A stretch of DNA of 58,809 bases, filler included, from Basidiobolus ranarum (Eukaryota): assembly GCA_040143965.1 (NCBI GenBank). It is 5 parts of 5 records of this genome, joined end to end, with 100 filler letters (N's around TTAATTAATTAA, not from the genome) between each part and the next. Parts side by side here need not be neighbours in the genome. Positions count along the whole stretch, not along the records: positions 35,376 to 47,048 come from JASJQH010000596.1; positions 47,149 to 58,809 come from JASJQH010000597.1; 3 more parts are not named here. One strand, given 5' to 3'. Under the pieces are notes generated by a model. That model was given only the letters and a program-made list of their open reading frames with translations. It searched no databases and was not told the DNA's origin. Positions 38,620 through 53,158 of the stretch are shown here, in pieces (position 1 is the stretch's first letter; each line of letters opens with the position of its first letter). A program made the position numbers and the translations under genes.

Positions 38620-39555
38620 TTAGCTAAGCATGAGCAACTCCAATGCCGTGGTTCGAGGACTTTTGATCTCAGCGATAATGTTTAAATTAGGTAAACACCT
38701 TCTCAATTCCAATATCATTTCTTTAGATAGATTCCTACATCCAGCCAAGTTCAAGTGAGTTAAATTAGTTAGTAGCTTTAATGATCGGAAGATGTTGTCA
38801 GTTAGCTTCTCACAAAAACTTAAATCTAGCCATTCCAAACTTTTCGCCTTTTCTAAGAGGATTAAAATAGGACACTCCGTAATCAACCAACAATGTGAAA
38901 GATTCACTTTCTTCAACTTCTTCGAATGTAAGAATAACTCCATCAAGGGTAGATCGGTAACGGTGGAGATACTCAAATGTAATACTTCCAACGAATCTGC
39001 TACTCTGATCAGCCCAAGAATAGACAAGTCAGTGATACGTGACGCGTTCGTTAACTCCACATGCCGAAGTGAAGGGGATGCGTAAAGTAATTGTAATACT
39101 GAGAAATCGGTGACTTGTCCACATTGACGAAGCATTAATGTAGTCAATTTGGTGGAGCTCTTCGATAATTGCACTATGGACTGGTCGGAGAGATTCTTGG
39201 GAATCTCGAAGATCAATGTGGTGATGTTCGGGCACAAGAGAGACAATTGTCCGATCAGTTCATCGCTAACTACGTAATACAACTCAGAAAAATCCAGATA
39301 TTGAACATAGTTTTGCAGGTTCGGCTGAAATGTTGAGGTTTCGGAGAATGTGGATAGGTGTAGGGTATCCACTAACTTGTGCCATGAAGCAACGTACTGT
39401 GACCATGGAGCATAATAGAGACGAGGGGTTCCACAGAAATTCCAACGACGATTGATTAGTGTACAATGATAAAGATCCAAGCGATTTAGAAATGTACAAG
39501 TATGGGCTACTAATTCATATGGGAGACAACTGATATCAAGCATCGTTTCTGACAT
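38620..39555 (-). CDS. F-box/LRR (FBXL-type) protein
   Basis: N-terminal F-box ISCLPYELV..L...DL..C.LINRRW followed by Cys-containing LRRs (L.L..C..ITD). Confidence 0.9.
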   Translation of the reverse strand: MSETMLDISCLPYELVAHTCTFLNRLDLYHCTLINRRWNFCGTPRLYYAPWSQYVASWHKLVDTLHLSTFSETSTFQPNLQNYVQYLDFSELYYVVSDELIGQLSLLCPNITTLIFEIPKNLSDQSIVQLSKSSTKLTTLMLRQCGQVTDFSVLQLLYASPSLRHVELTNASRITDLSILGLIRVADSLEVLHLSISTVTDLPLMELFLHSKKLKKVNLSHCWLITECPILILLEKAKSLEWLDLSFCEKLTDNIFRSLKLLTNLTHLNLAGCRNLSKEMILELRRCLPNLNIIAEIKSPRTTALELLMLS

Positions 39556-41022
39556 CTTTTAGTGCTACCTTATTGTTTAAAATACGTATGCTAAGATAAT
39601 ATGTCCGTTAGTATCTATTTCAGCTAGGTATTTAGTTCGGCAAGGGTTAGTGCTTAAATATATCGTAGCGTTATTCAGGGCCACAAACGATGGAATCAAA
39701 GCCCAACAAGTGTCTAAAGCAATCACTAAGAAAAGAAAGTACCTCCAGTGAAGAGAATGGAAATTGCTTATATCTCTAAGAAACAGTCAGTTCAAGTGAA
39801 AGGTTGAGAGAGTGTTTGAAAAGCGAATGCATGAAACAGAGGAGAAAAAAGCAGACAAAAAACGGAATATTTTGTTTTGACTGGTTGAATGACGGTAAAA
39901 ACGGTCACTTCCATAAAGCTAGTCATGTCCCGAAATACTCCTTGCAAAGGGCTTTGATTGGCCGACAGGAACCCAAAATCGGACCATGACTGAGTTGAAA
40001 CTAGATCAGGTTCTGTTGGCGTGCGATTGGTACCATTCGTGTTTCTAGTTGATTGTATCGTCAAATATGATCAAGACACTGATGTTTATCGATCAAAAAT
40101 CTTGGATTTTGCTGTAGACTTCGTTACCTCTAACACATGACGAGCTCGGGAAGGCTTTGGATGAAACGTTTGGATTAATTTAAGATGATTCAGATGCCTT
40201 AGGTGATTGGCTGGTATCCTGCCAAATATTATTCCACCACAAACGATACAAAGCATGCAAGATAACATCACCTCATTAGCTCCGCCTAATTGCAATGACT
40301 AACTGGAGTGGCATGTATTTCGAAATAGCGCAATGGTAAGCGGAATCCTCTTCGATTGCACATCGAAGATCAGTAACTATAACATGGAAACGTCATATAA
40401 TGCAACGTGTAAGCATGTATGCTAGGATTCAGCGATGCCCGAAAACGGAAGATTGAGGTCGATGTGCTCCAGTATGAGAGATGGAATGTGTTTCTACCAT
40501 GTTTCGGAAGACCCTGGTTAGTATGCGGATCTTAAAACCCATCCAACCCAAAGTACGTTCAAGTTTCCTTTTCTCCACAGTCAACGTACCTTTGTAGCAT
40601 GCAGGTACAAGTAGCGGAGATGGATCCATACTAGTGCTACCGCTGACACCACGTAGTGTAAGAGTCATTACATTATGATCAAGTCCACGCATAATTGAGT
40701 AGTTGAGAGCATCAAGCTCACACCCCGAGGACTTCGACAAGTGACATGAATACCTAGAAATTGATACGGACAATAGAATCATCAGCTTATTGTTCAATTT
40801 TGTAGCTTTCTGGAGCCCAGGTTATCTTTTGTGATTTTGCATTAATTAGGATTGGCTGGACGGAAGTTGAAATGTATATATGTATATATATATAGGTTTA
40901 TGTAAATCAATCACTGAGATGAATGAGGATTATGCGTACATTTCATGCCAAAAAACACAAGCCTTGATGACGATTGTGTGATGGAAGCTTTTCATAGGTT
41001 CCAAACGAAGATCAATAAACAC

Positions 41023-42030
41023 CTACAGCAATCTGATGATCTCTTTGTCCTCCGAATTGCTGGAACATCTACCTTGGGAGCTGTTTTCTCCTACAGTCTG
41101 GTTTTTTTGAGGATTGATAATTACGGTCTTGATCACCCATCTTCTTAATGATCCACTAGCCAGAGTCGATGAGCCGCTCTCCGCTTCATATCTATCTGTC
41201 CAATCCTTTCTTATTGCTTGAAAGCACACATATAGAGTTGGGTCAAAAATAAATGGGAGTCCATTAAATAAGCCAAGTAAAGCTTTGGTGTAATCAAAAA
41301 CTAGTGCCCATTGTTGTGCATCTTGCAAACTTTTGAAGATCCGCATCAGCAAAAATGTGGTCAACGGAATGCCAACTACAATCAACGAAACTGGATAAAG
41401 GAGTATTCGTATCACGGCTCGCTGAACGGTTTTACTACTAAAAGAACCGGAGGTAGTTGAAGCCTTTGCCCCACTGCTTAGAGCAACCTGTTTTCTGACT
41501 TTGGTCAACTTCCATCCTAGTATAGAAGAGACTACAATGGAATAGAGAATAGTTAACGGACACAATGCTACAATGCCAATGGTCAAAAAGTCTAAGGGGT
41601 AGTAATCAACATTATTGATATAGAACGGTAAGTAAACCCAAGCTAGTAGTAAAAAGGTAAAGGAAATTATTGCTGGGACTACAATATAAATCCATTCAAG
41701 GCGAGATACTGAACGGCGATTATGTATTAAGACTATTTGCAGATTTAAAGTTATCATTAACGTATACAAGAAACTTAACAAGAGAAAGGATAAATTTAAA
41801 CTAGTAGCAATAGCATACGATTTTCGATTGTTACTTAGATACGCGCTAATGTCTGACAGATGTGCTAATAAGTCTGCAAGAGCCACTAGTGCTGTTAACC
41901 GAAAGGATACTCGGTCGGCTAGGCTTCGACGATAGACATAAACACCCACAATACAGACCAGCACTGTTAACGAAGCGAAGGCTGAAAGGGCGCAGAGGGT
42001 TATAGGAACCTTGTTTGTTGCACTCAGCAT
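41023..42030 (-). CDS. Putative 7-TM G-protein-coupled receptor (Git3/cAMP-receptor-like)
   Basis: Seven hydrophobic segments; RVSFRL..L.LADLL; RILLYPV; GLFNGL.FIFDP. Confidence 0.75.
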   Translation of the reverse strand: MLSATNKVPITLCALSAFASLTVLVCIVGVYVYRRSLADRVSFRLTALVALADLLAHLSDISAYLSNNRKSYAIATSLNLSFLLLSFLYTLMITLNLQIVLIHNRRSVSRLEWIYIVVPAIISFTFLLLAWVYLPFYINNVDYYPLDFLTIGIVALCPLTILYSIVVSSILGWKLTKVRKQVALSSGAKASTTSGSFSSKTVQRAVIRILLYPVSLIVVGIPLTTFLLMRIFKSLQDAQQWALVFDYTKALLGLFNGLPFIFDPTLYVCFQAIRKDWTDRYEAESGSSTLASGSLRRWVIKTVIINPQKNQTVGENSSQGRCSSNSEDKEIIRLL

Positions 42031-43969
42031 TGGAAGATGACCAGTGTTTGGATGCTCTGAGAGGGGGAAAAGTATGCTTCATAATGTGATATTGCAAAGC
42101 TTTATACTCTCCAAACATCAGAGAGTTCTGCTGATATCCATTTTAACCCCTTCTCCCCTTGACTTAAACAAAAAGCAAGTAATTACGAGTTTATGTAAAA
42201 TGTTCAGTGGGTCTAGACATACTATTGACTGATTTTCGCCATAATGCTTTCATCAAGCTGAGCCGAAGTATATACATGATAAGCTTACTCCTAATATACT
42301 GGGCTGAGACTCAACTGGTTAGGATCTGGTCATCAGAAGTCACTTTCATTTTTTATGGTCCACTCTACCACAACTTCCAGGATTCTCTTGAATAGCCTAT
42401 TGTCGAAACCCGTTACATAGCTATTATCACTTGAAGGATCAGTGCTGATGGCTTAGAGTTAGCTCAATATTTATCCCAGTACATCTAATAATCCTGACAA
42501 AGTTCTTTGTCACCAAAAGCGTCAAACACGAATGGATTCAGTACTTGTGTGACACCAACAGTAAGCGGCTACATTCTCTTTTTCACTTCCGCCTTTATAT
42601 TATGGGCGTAGGTAGTAGCCAAGTCTCATGAGTATCAACCTATCATCAATTAATGTATACACTCTGCCCCTAAATCTCACTCTAATATAGTAACATTGAA
42701 TCTACCGAATCATGTTCAAATCGCAAGCGAAACGAGTGTTCAATCCATTATTCGCACTAGTTATTCCAGATGCTTCCAAATATCGATTAAAGCAATTCCT
42801 GGGAACCGGTACAATCAATACAATTGATAAGTGAATACGTTTCCGATGTATTGCGCCTATTCATATCAACTACTTTGTATTGTCATTGTGAAATCACTTG
42901 ACAACCAGTATATCTTATTGGGATCCCCACATAGTCCAGCAACTTAACTTTGATATAAGTATTCGATATATCATAATCTATGCATACCATGGTAAACCTA
43001 ACTGGCTGCTACATGGCTGATTTCTTTTGTCGCAAGATTATGATTCCTTTGTTTAGACGCTAAAGTGTGTGTCAAGTACTGATCAACAAGTGTGGGCTTG
43101 GAGAAACAAGCTAACCTATTCTACCATACATAAAGCAACCATATATTATTGAGTTTCGGCAATATCTATTATGGTATATTCTGATCCTGCTATTTTCTAC
43201 TCAATTATTGCTATAGTATGTTGAAAACCTTATCTGAGCCCTGATACATGTAGTATGCTATGTGACACATGCTTTAAAGTCCAAAGTTGAATACAATTAG
43301 TATATATATCAGCTATATCAGAATTAGTCAAATATGATCTAATCTGAAGTAATTTCCAGAGTGATGTATATGTATTCAATGATATACTGCCTTGCACTGG
43401 TATTTTGTTTGCTGAATGATGCCGCGGAGAATAGCTAAATGCCATATGCTATGATGTTCTTAGGACCATACCATATGTTAATACAGCCAACAACTCTGAA
43501 TTAGAGTGAGAATCACAAATAGGAATGTTAAACTGGTAATATCTCAAAATGAACAGCAATGTAATCAGTATCTGTTATCATGTTATTTCTAGGTACATCA
43601 ATAGTTATTTAACTCTCAATTTTTAGAACTGATGTAAAAATAAAATAGCGTATTCATATGGTCATGTGGAACAATGGAGTTATGCTGAAAAGTTGTTCTG
43701 ATAAGAAGCTATACTCTCAATAGGTGTACTAAGCATATACATGGTATTACACTGGGGATAGCGGAATGAATCAAATGCACTATCTCATACTGGAGTTTGG
43801 CTTGGCCAATCCAAAGAGCCAGTATATGTTTCAAAATGCATATTTCAAGTTTGAGTGAGCCAAAGCATTTACAGAATGACAACTAGTTGGATTATGATGA
43901 ACAAGAGAGCTTAATATGTGGTGTATAAATAAACAGTCTGCTACTGTGGTTCCTTATAGAGGGTAACAC

Positions 43970-44318
43970 TGTTAAAGTTCTTTGGGAGCCTGTCGGAAGT
44001 GGTTTGGAGAACTGGAGAAATTCTTGACTTTCACTTAATGATTTATTGAGTTGAAAATTGATATTTATAGTTTTGCCAAGAGAAAGGCAAACAATCGTAT
44101 AAGATGTGTTACAAAAGGTCCCAGGAGCATGTGTGCAAAGTATGGGACTTCTAGCACAGATTTGGAAAATCTATACATCTGAGAGCTTCTAAGTTGGTAT
44201 CAATATTCCAAGTAAATGCCAATTGAGAATAGTTCGTGATATCTAGGTTTGATATGGAATAACTAAATACTAAGCTATATATGACTATATATGTGTTTAG
44301 GCAATGCTAATTTCAACA
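43970..44318 (-). repeat. Solo LTR of the copia family (349 bp)
   Basis: TGTTAAAG...GCTAATTTCAACA is the full reverse complement of the LTR. Confidence 0.9.
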
Positions 44319-47048
44319 TATACAAACCCAATTACTACATAGATTAGACAGAAATTTATTATTCTCATAGCAATTAACTGTAGAATGTGTACCATCACAT
44401 GATTGTGCCAGGTTTCCTAACTAAAAATTTGTGGAGATAAAAATATAGCTCATGTCCACTTTGCATTAGATAATACAGGAGGATTAAATTATATCTGATA
44501 ACCCAATTTACAATAAACTATGCTAATTAGCAGTGAATCCAGTTTACAAATTGAAGTTGGCTACAGCAACCAGCTCAACAAATGCCCACCCTAAATATTC
44601 ATATATACGACTAATCTTCATTTGCAGTGCAATATTTGCCATCATAAATTACTTTCATTGTACTTATTCAGTGAAATTTCATGCAATGGATCCAACATTT
44701 CTATGCTCGGTAGGTGACTGAGTCAAGGAAAATTATGGTGAATTTGACTTCATAATGATGGGGTCTCCACATCGAAAGCAGTCTAACAAGTGGGATTATC
44801 AGCCTTCCTATCGCAGTAGATCTATCACTTGTTACATGCGAAATGAGCAAATGGTAAATCTACACGATTCAGAAGCATATAGCAAAAATTCCTCACATAT
44901 CTCAACACTATGAGGATCATTGAATTGCCCATATACTCAAATATGCCATCAATATTGGCACTCATCCTGAAATAGGCTCTCCATTTCTAACTGCTACCAA
45001 GGAAGATTCATTGCGCATTTATCTCCAATCTATTACACGTGACGAAGCATGCAGGTGTCCCATGACTCCCGGAAAAATCCACTTTTGGATAATGCTACAG
45101 ATAAACCAAGTTGATTATGCAAGAAGCAAGGATTCGAACACGTTACATTCACGAATCCGATTTACCACTCAAACATAAACTTAAGTTTGAATAAGAATAT
45201 TGAATTCCATATATGGGCCTAACTCATTCCACTCTAAACCCATTAAACCCCTGGATAGTTTATTATTAACAAGGATTAGGCGCTTGATTCGATTCATTCT
45301 ATTTACCTCATTAATTAAGTCCAGAATCGGTGTAGTGACCCAAGGTGATTCACTTCGAAATAGATGATCAGGATTTGTTGTAGAGTACACTTCTATATAT
45401 ATTCCATATATGGAATTCTTGAGATGGTTAGCGTTGGCCAGTCAAAGTGGTTGCACCAGATGAACTACGATTTCGACATGGTATTGGTCAGTAGGTAGAA
45501 AATTCACCATGAGGTCAGCTCCTTATATAATGCATCATAGCAAATATCTTAATGGCAAACACTCCGCCAGCCAATGATGCATGAAGACCAATGTCATACA
45601 GTTGTCATACCGTGGAATATTAATAGTTGCGCTTATGTAACAAGCAAACAAGGCCCTAAGCGATATAGAATTTTGGGCCGGAATCATTGGCTACCAATGA
45701 ACCGCCTGTAGTTTCATTCGTTTGCTAATAGGAAAGGACTATTTCACTAACTGAGCTAGCTAAATCCCTCAACTTACAATATTTTACCTGATTACCCTGT
45801 CCCCCAACAGATGTGAGGAATATAGCAAATGGTGTAATTTAGTGATGTCTGAGACAACCTGCTCCTTGAGCACCTAATTGTATTTAAGCATGTAATAATG
45901 ACTTGGTTAGTTTGTTACTATTTTGGTAATATACAAGTCCATTCCACTTCAATTGAAATATAGATTCGCTGCACTTCTGAGCATTGGTGCAATGCAGCAG
46001 GTCTCAGATCCTCCAGCCTATCCTAGGTTTTGAATTGACGCGGTATAAATGGGGATTCATGATTGTCGATGTGGCGCTTATTTTATGGTAGTGGGCCATG
46101 ATTGCCAGGCCTAATAGTGCATAGTGTGTGCAATCCCATCCGAAACCCACAAAGCTGACTTACAACCTAGCTTGGTGCAAGTATCCAGTAACGCCGTATT
46201 CATTGTTCAACTAATTCTTAGATCTCTCTGCCAGTTTAGGATCGTACAAGGAATCAGTATAGCATATAGACAAACCTAATACGTAGTATGAAAGCGCTCC
46301 ATCTAGATTTGCAGCAATACACATGGGTTTGCCATACTTAAATAGTAGTTGGGAGACGGACGGCTATTGGGCCATGTAGACAGTGGAGCTTATCCCATGC
46401 AAATATTTCCAAATTAAGTACCCATGTTAGGTCGACGAAACGTTGAACGCTAATTTGATGGGGTTCTAAGTCTTCAGCTCCACTGGACTAGAGGATTCAG
46501 ACAGGTATTCCCTGAGGTTTCAAGATTGTGAATGAACTGGTAGTCTCAACTCTATTTCTCGGAGAACCCATACACATGATCAACCGCAGTGATAGAGCTC
46601 AAGTGGTGAATATACTCTGAGGCAACCTCATTCAACCTATTCTTGTGATAGAAGTGCTAGCCGCAGTTGGTCACATCAGGGGTGACTTGGAATATCAGGC
46701 AGCTCAGAAACCGGAGATGGACATGCTTTAGTATTAATGGAGTCATATCGGTGGGCTAGTTAATCTCAGTTATTGATGACTGCAGGATCCACAAAGCCTC
46801 GGATATCGATATCTGTGTGGATTCGAAGTAAGACTCATTTCCCTGTTGTGCGATGAGATTAGTCTAATATGGCCAAAGGTAAATTAACTCTCTCAAAGTG
46901 CATGAAGGCCGACTCTGAACCACGGCTTCCCTTATGGTTACATCGAATATTTCCTAGCTAAAATCAGGTGACTGGCCTCTACTGTGAAGAGCTTAGGGAT
47001 GCTATATATTCGTTGGTGAACATAATCGCCGTTTCCTTGGTATGAGCA

Positions 47049-47148
47049 NNNNNNNNNNNNNNNNNNNNNNNNNNNNNNNNNNNNNNNNNNNNTTAATTAA
47101 TTAANNNNNNNNNNNNNNNNNNNNNNNNNNNNNNNNNNNNNNNNNNNN
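47049..47148. other. Artificial contig linker
   Basis: N/TTAATTAATTAA spacer. Confidence 0.98.
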
Positions 47149-47553
47149 TCAGCTAAGAGAGTAGTCAAAAGGTAGACTCCCGCTAGTGGCATCGCAATAT
47201 CATCAGCGCGTGATATGTATATTATTTGTAATTGCAGTCTTAGGTTATAACTAAGACGTGAGGTTTCAACAATGTTGGTGGCCAACTATTTATTAGCTTC
47301 AAAATGATATGGGAGGAGATAAATCCAGTGGTATTCACTTTTTTTCATGTTCGCAGAACTGCTCTAGTATTATCTTTGCTCACAAGTTATGCAAAATATC
47401 AAACTCACTAGATTTTCGCAAAATATGCACATATTCTTGATTAAAATTAAAAACCATACAGTTATTTTTCTGATTTTCTTCAATGTGATCATTTATCATT
47501 TAACCGAGTATAGGTGAGAAACAAATCCACTTTCTCGAAGCCTTCTCGTAAAG

Positions 47554-48901
47554 ATGCAGCAATCCCCTGAATTCGAGTTATATGAACCTCCCACTGACGG
47601 GATATCTTCTGTAAAATTTAGCCCAACCTCGTCTCAATTTCTTTTTGTTACTTCTTGGGACAAGGTATTATCTGATTTCCTTTGTATAACTAATTGCTAA
47701 GATTGGATTGTCTGAGTTATATATTTACGTATTTCCTGGGACTGATCAAACATAGAGCGTTAGACTATACGATGTATACAGCAATCAACTTCGTTCAAAA
47801 TTCGAGCACAAAGCTGCCGTGTTAGACGGTTGTATTTCAGATAGTTTTCAAGGGTTCAGTGGAGGTTTAGATAAACGAGTTAAAATGTAAGGGGCTACTT
47901 TTCTATCATATATGTCTGACCATCAATATTTATCAAGTCTTACCTTTTTTTAGGTTTGATTTTACTACCTCAAAAGAGACTATACTTGGTACACATGAAG
48001 ACGCAGTCAAATGCACTGAATATACTGCAGAGACTAGTAGGTTTTCTTTTCGTGTTTTTGATGGAATTATCAAACTCAAAATTGAAGCTATTTTATTCAG
48101 ATATGCTCATTACCGGTAGTTGGGATAAAAGTGTTTGTCTTTGGGATCCTAGAATTCAGGAGGCGTTGGTTGGACGATACATGCAACCATCTAAAGTGTA
48201 CTCTCTTGATGTAACTCAAAACAAACTAGTCGTTGCCATGGCTGATCGTCATGTATATATTTATGACATTCGTAACATGAAAGAAACTATGCAAACTCGG
48301 GAAAGTTCTCTAAAATATATGACTCGTACTGTACGTTGTATGCCTAACGGTGAAGGTTAGTAATTTGGTTAAAATTTGAGTATAAATCGAAACCCACTTA
48401 CCAGGTTTAATTTAGGTTACGCCACTGGTTCAATTGAGGGACGTGTAGCAGTGGAGTTCTTTGATCCATCACCTGAATCGCAAACACGCAAGTATGCGTT
48501 CAAATGTCATCGTCAAGTTATTGAGGGAATAGATTATGTCTACCCGGTGAATGCACTTGCCTTCAATCCTGTGTACGTATATATTGAATCTTGTCAACAT
48601 GTCTTTACTGATGCTAACCTTTTTCCTAAATGATAGTCATGGTACATTTGCCTCCGGAGGTGGTGATGGGGTGATCAACATTTGGGATGGGTTCAACAAA
48701 AAGAGACTTCGCCAATTCCCTAAATATCCCACTTCGATTTCGTCATTAGCGTTCAGTTGTGATGGTACCATGTTAGCAGTCGCCTCCTCTTACACTTACG
48801 AAGAGGGTGAAAAAGACCATGCACCGGATTCCATTTATATAAGAACTATCGCCGATTCCGAGGTCAAACCCAAAACACTTCCTACATCGAGCACTCTATA
48901 G
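47554..48901 (+). CDS. BUB3: Mitotic checkpoint WD40 protein Bub3, multi-exon
   Basis: [63 protein letters not shown]; five GT-AG introns. Confidence 0.93.
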
Positions 48902-49226
48902 ATATGATCATCTCGTACTTCAAATCTTTCCATCTTAACTACTCTCGGTCGTCCCCATGTGAATATTCGATCCTTTTAATATGTTGTGATAGTAATTCCA
49001 AGTGAATCAATGAAGTACACTTATTTTATGAAAACTTGATGTAGAAGAAAACTCCATGTTCATATATTCAAATGTTAACCAAATCTGCGAGTAAAGAACA
49101 TATAAAATTCCACTAAAACAAGGTTAACCTTTACATAAGGGGGTACTCAGTTGCCATCATTTAATGATTGAACATTTACGAAGAAGTTATTTTCATTCGC
49201 AGTGTCCATCTTCAAATGCTTAACAA

Positions 49227-49648
49227 CTACTCGTTCAACGGGACCAAGATCAATGGCATGATTTTCACATCTTCCCAGACTCTACCAACTAGATATGGGT
49301 CCTTGCTGATCAGGTCTTTGACCTCCTGAATGCTCTCAGCTTCATAAATATGACATGAACCGAGCATTTTTCCATAATCACTATCGTCAGATTTGAGTGC
49401 TCCAGCTGCCAACATGAGCTTATCTTTATAAAGTTCTCGGCATCGGGTAAGATGACTGTCTCGTGTAGCTAATCGACGAGAAATGGCTTCCTCGTCAATG
49501 AAATCTTTAGCTATTACTAAATATTGCTTACTTGCTGATAAAATTTTGCCAGTTATTATATAGCCTACGAGGGTCTAGTAGTATTTAACGAACCTCTGAA
49601 ATAGGAAGAGAAGTAACGGACTACATGTTTGTAAGTGAAAGTTCCCAT
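49227..49648 (-). CDS. YCII-related dimeric alpha-beta barrel protein, probably 2 exons
   Basis: QYLVIAKD....SRRLATRDSHL...AAGAL...KMLGS....EAES......ISKDPY..GRVW. The start and a ~59-nt intron (GTTCGT..CAG) are inferred. Confidence 0.8.
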
Positions 49649-50267
49649 GTTTAGAACAAAGTGGACGGTTTAAGAAAGAAAAAGTAAGAGCTTTAGTAAG
49701 CTTAGGCATAAAGAAGTTTTTCGAATAGCTTTTAGTTTACTCTATAAAATAATTCTAACAACTAAACAAAAAAAGAGTAACTTTTGTACCTGAGGCTTGG
49801 CTTCGACGACTTGTACTTTTACAAACACTCAATACAGACATGGAAGTATTTAAACTATAAACGGTAATAAAACACCAACTACTTTCAGGTGAGGTTTAGA
49901 AAATCGAGTAAGCAAGTTGGTTTTTAGTAGGCTTTACATTCATCATACAACTCTCAAGGATTGTAAAGGAGATTCAACTGATGTTCGACCAATGTTATCA
50001 GAAACCGATAATCTCTGATTACATAATATTTGACTGGTTTTGATTACAGGATAGAATACACTTGATCACTTTCTACCCTACATGATTCTACAATATATCA
50101 TCCTCGTCAATATTTTGCACCTTATTGTTGTTTTGAATTGATTTCTCGACCATTGATTGGATAGTGGGCTTTAATAATAGTAAACCACCTTGAGTGACTA
50201 GCTAGTTATTTAATATATTCAGTATTATTCATTTGTTTAGTCTCGAAATATCTGTTACGAGGATACA

Positions 50268-51986
50268 ATGGTAAATATAGAGTGGACTTCAGAAGATGTT
50301 GAACAGGCCCGGAGAAGTATTCTAGGTCGAATCACCGAAAGAATACCTCCCAAAGAATTGGTCGGCCTTGAAGAACAAGAAGCGTGAGTTCTATTATTTT
50401 ATGTAGAATATTTTTATTGCTTTCTCATTGAAATAAATTTAGAAAGATTCATGATCTATTAGAACGAACTGTTTCACGAGGAGAAAGTAACTCGGTACTT
50501 TTAATTGGACAACGAGGAAGTGGCAAGAGTATGGTATGTTCGAGAAAATAATGTTTGAGTAGGAAGTTGACTGAAATTTTTTGTGTAGCTTGTAAACCGA
50601 GTCCTTAAAAGTCTAACTCAAAAGTATCATGTCGATCACAAAAGAGATTTCTACCAGGTTCATTTAAACGGACTTGTGCAGACTGACGATAGGATTGCTT
50701 TAAAAGAGATAATACGCCAGTTGTCATTGGAGCAAGAATTTGATTCAACTTCGGTAAGAGAATTAAGCACACAATTTGAATATTGAAAGGGATTGTTCAT
50801 AACGGTTTATTCTTGGTATCAGAGCTCTTCGTTTGCAGAAACTTTAACGTTCCTGCTAAATCTCCTAAAGCAAGGCTCCAAAGACAATGTTTCGATTGTT
50901 TTCATACTTGATGAATTTGATTTGTTTGCACAGCATCCTAAACAAACGTTACTATATAACTTATTCGATGTTGCTCAAAGCAGTCAAAATCCGGTTGCTG
51001 TGGTCGGGCTTACTTGTCGTTTGGTGAATAGATTGTTTTTATTCAACTACATAACCTCACTTACTAATAGTGTCAATCATTAGGATTCACTCGAACTATT
51101 GGAAAAGAGAGTAAAATCACGATTCTCACATCGACAAGTGCTCCTTTTCCCACCGGAGACGTTTCGAGAGTTTTTGATCATAACCCGTAATGCACTAGAA
51201 CTGGGCGAAGAAGTGACTAATGCAGTTTATCGAGAAAACTTCAACGAATCCTTGGATGTATGATTCTTTGAGTTGAAGGAAGATCTTGTTTCTATTACTA
51301 ACAGACAACTATATCCAGGACGTTTTAAATGATCCTAACGTTAGTAAATCATTTCGACGAATTTTTGATTTAACCAAAGATATTCGAGCAGTCTTTAGGA
51401 TTTGTGTAAGTTATAGACTACGACTCTCTACTTGGCCATCCTCAGTGATTTACCTAACAATTCATTAGATTGGTGCTGTGAGTTCACTTTCTTCCAGTCA
51501 ACCATTCCTTAGTTTAGAGGATTTGTATGATGCTTCACTTCAGCAGCGTGCAGACTCCAAAACCGAGCTTTTAAAAGGTATGTTAGTAACAACAGTACAC
51601 GGTTTAGGGCATTAACTCAGTCTATGTTGTCAGGTCTCTCTCTTCTTGAGCTTTGTCTGATTATAGCTATGAAACAACTCCTGGAGCTAGAGTTGTATAC
51701 GTTCAATTTCGAAATGGCTTACAATGAATACAAAGAATTCATGAACCTAGCTTTAGCTCAAGGTGGCGGTGGCATGAAGCTGTACAAGAAAGCAGTAGCA
51801 ATGAAGGCCTTCGAGAACTTGATTTCAGTTGAGTTGGTTCAACCAGTCGAGAACTATGGCAAATCTCCCAAGGAATATCGCATGATGAAAGTCATGTTAG
51901 AACCTCTTCAAATTGCAGATGCCGTTCTCAAGTATCGAGACTGCCCAACATTGGTAAGAAAGTGGGGCACGAAATGGTTAGAGTAA
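50268..51986 (+). CDS. ORC4: Origin recognition complex subunit 4, multi-exon
   Basis: [17 protein letters not shown] (Walker A), FILDEFDLF (Walker B), [34 protein letters not shown]. The exact first exon is uncertain. Confidence 0.93.
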
Positions 51987-53158
51987 TATACATTGGAATT
52001 TGTATCATATATTTGTGTAATAAAATTATGACTTCGCCTATCCTGTTACACTAATGTAAACTTGAATTCATCCGAGAATTTCAGGTTAATAGCAGTAACA
52101 ACAAGTGTATCATCGTAGAAGAGCTTCAAAGGCTGACCTTACGTGATCTATATCCATAAATGAGGAATCCATGTAGAATGTCGACGCTGATATACATATA
52201 TATATAGGGGCAGGTATTTGAAGTGGTATCGGATTGATAAGCATTCAATCATCATTCAATCGACCGTGGGATGCGACTTCGACATATTAATAGCAGTACT
52301 CCTAGCTTTCAAGTGCATTGTAGTTACAAATTCATCTTCAACGAATGGTGTGAATGTGTGAATGCTGGCATGAATCAGATAATTATTACTCATGATTTAT
52401 CTGATTAATGTACTGAATCTATCTGCTATTATTAATAGTAGTTTATCAGATTGTGTCAAGAAACACCCATCCATGTTAAGAGCTTGTTTCACGATTAGAT
52501 CAGTTGACTTCATTAGACTTTATTGCCTTTTCCTACCTTTTTACTTATTTTCCCTCATCCCAATTCCCCAGAAACCCAGCTTCTTGGCCAATCAGTGCTC
52601 TTAAATTGAAAACCCCCAATGCTTTTGTCCATAAGATCTTATACTAGGAGTATCATTTTTATATTGCTAAATTAGGGATGCGTACAAATTTTTCATCGTT
52701 CCTCTAGTATAGATAGGAAAAATTCTTAAAATGGAAAGACAATGAGAAGTGATGTATATCAGTAAGCATAACTTGGGAAATATAGATTACTTTAATAATG
52801 ATGAACATCGAGTAAATTTATCTGATAGTAATAGTAGCCGAAGCTCTAACTCTTTACTGTTTCCTATATCGTTGGCTAATAGGCGACTTCGCAGGTTGTC
52901 TTGTGCTTCAATTAGCTTTACATTCTCTTGTTCTATTTATCTTTATTAACGAATGTTTCTACTTAGTTATTAGTATTCTATATTTGCTAAAACCTTGTCA
53001 TATTTTTACCACTAATTGTGCCTTGGAACACATTTATCAACAAATTCGTTTCTCTTTCAAACTGAAAATTGCCTTCCCGAAAAAAGAACTGCATTCCTTG
53101 TATACAAGTATATTTACATTTTCTTACCTCAATTCCACCCGAGATAATCCTCCCTACG

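Noticed and set aside
45400-47048. Relatively GC-rich ORF-free stretch as a decayed gene or element
   Set aside because: No identifiable peptide motif in the frames I read.
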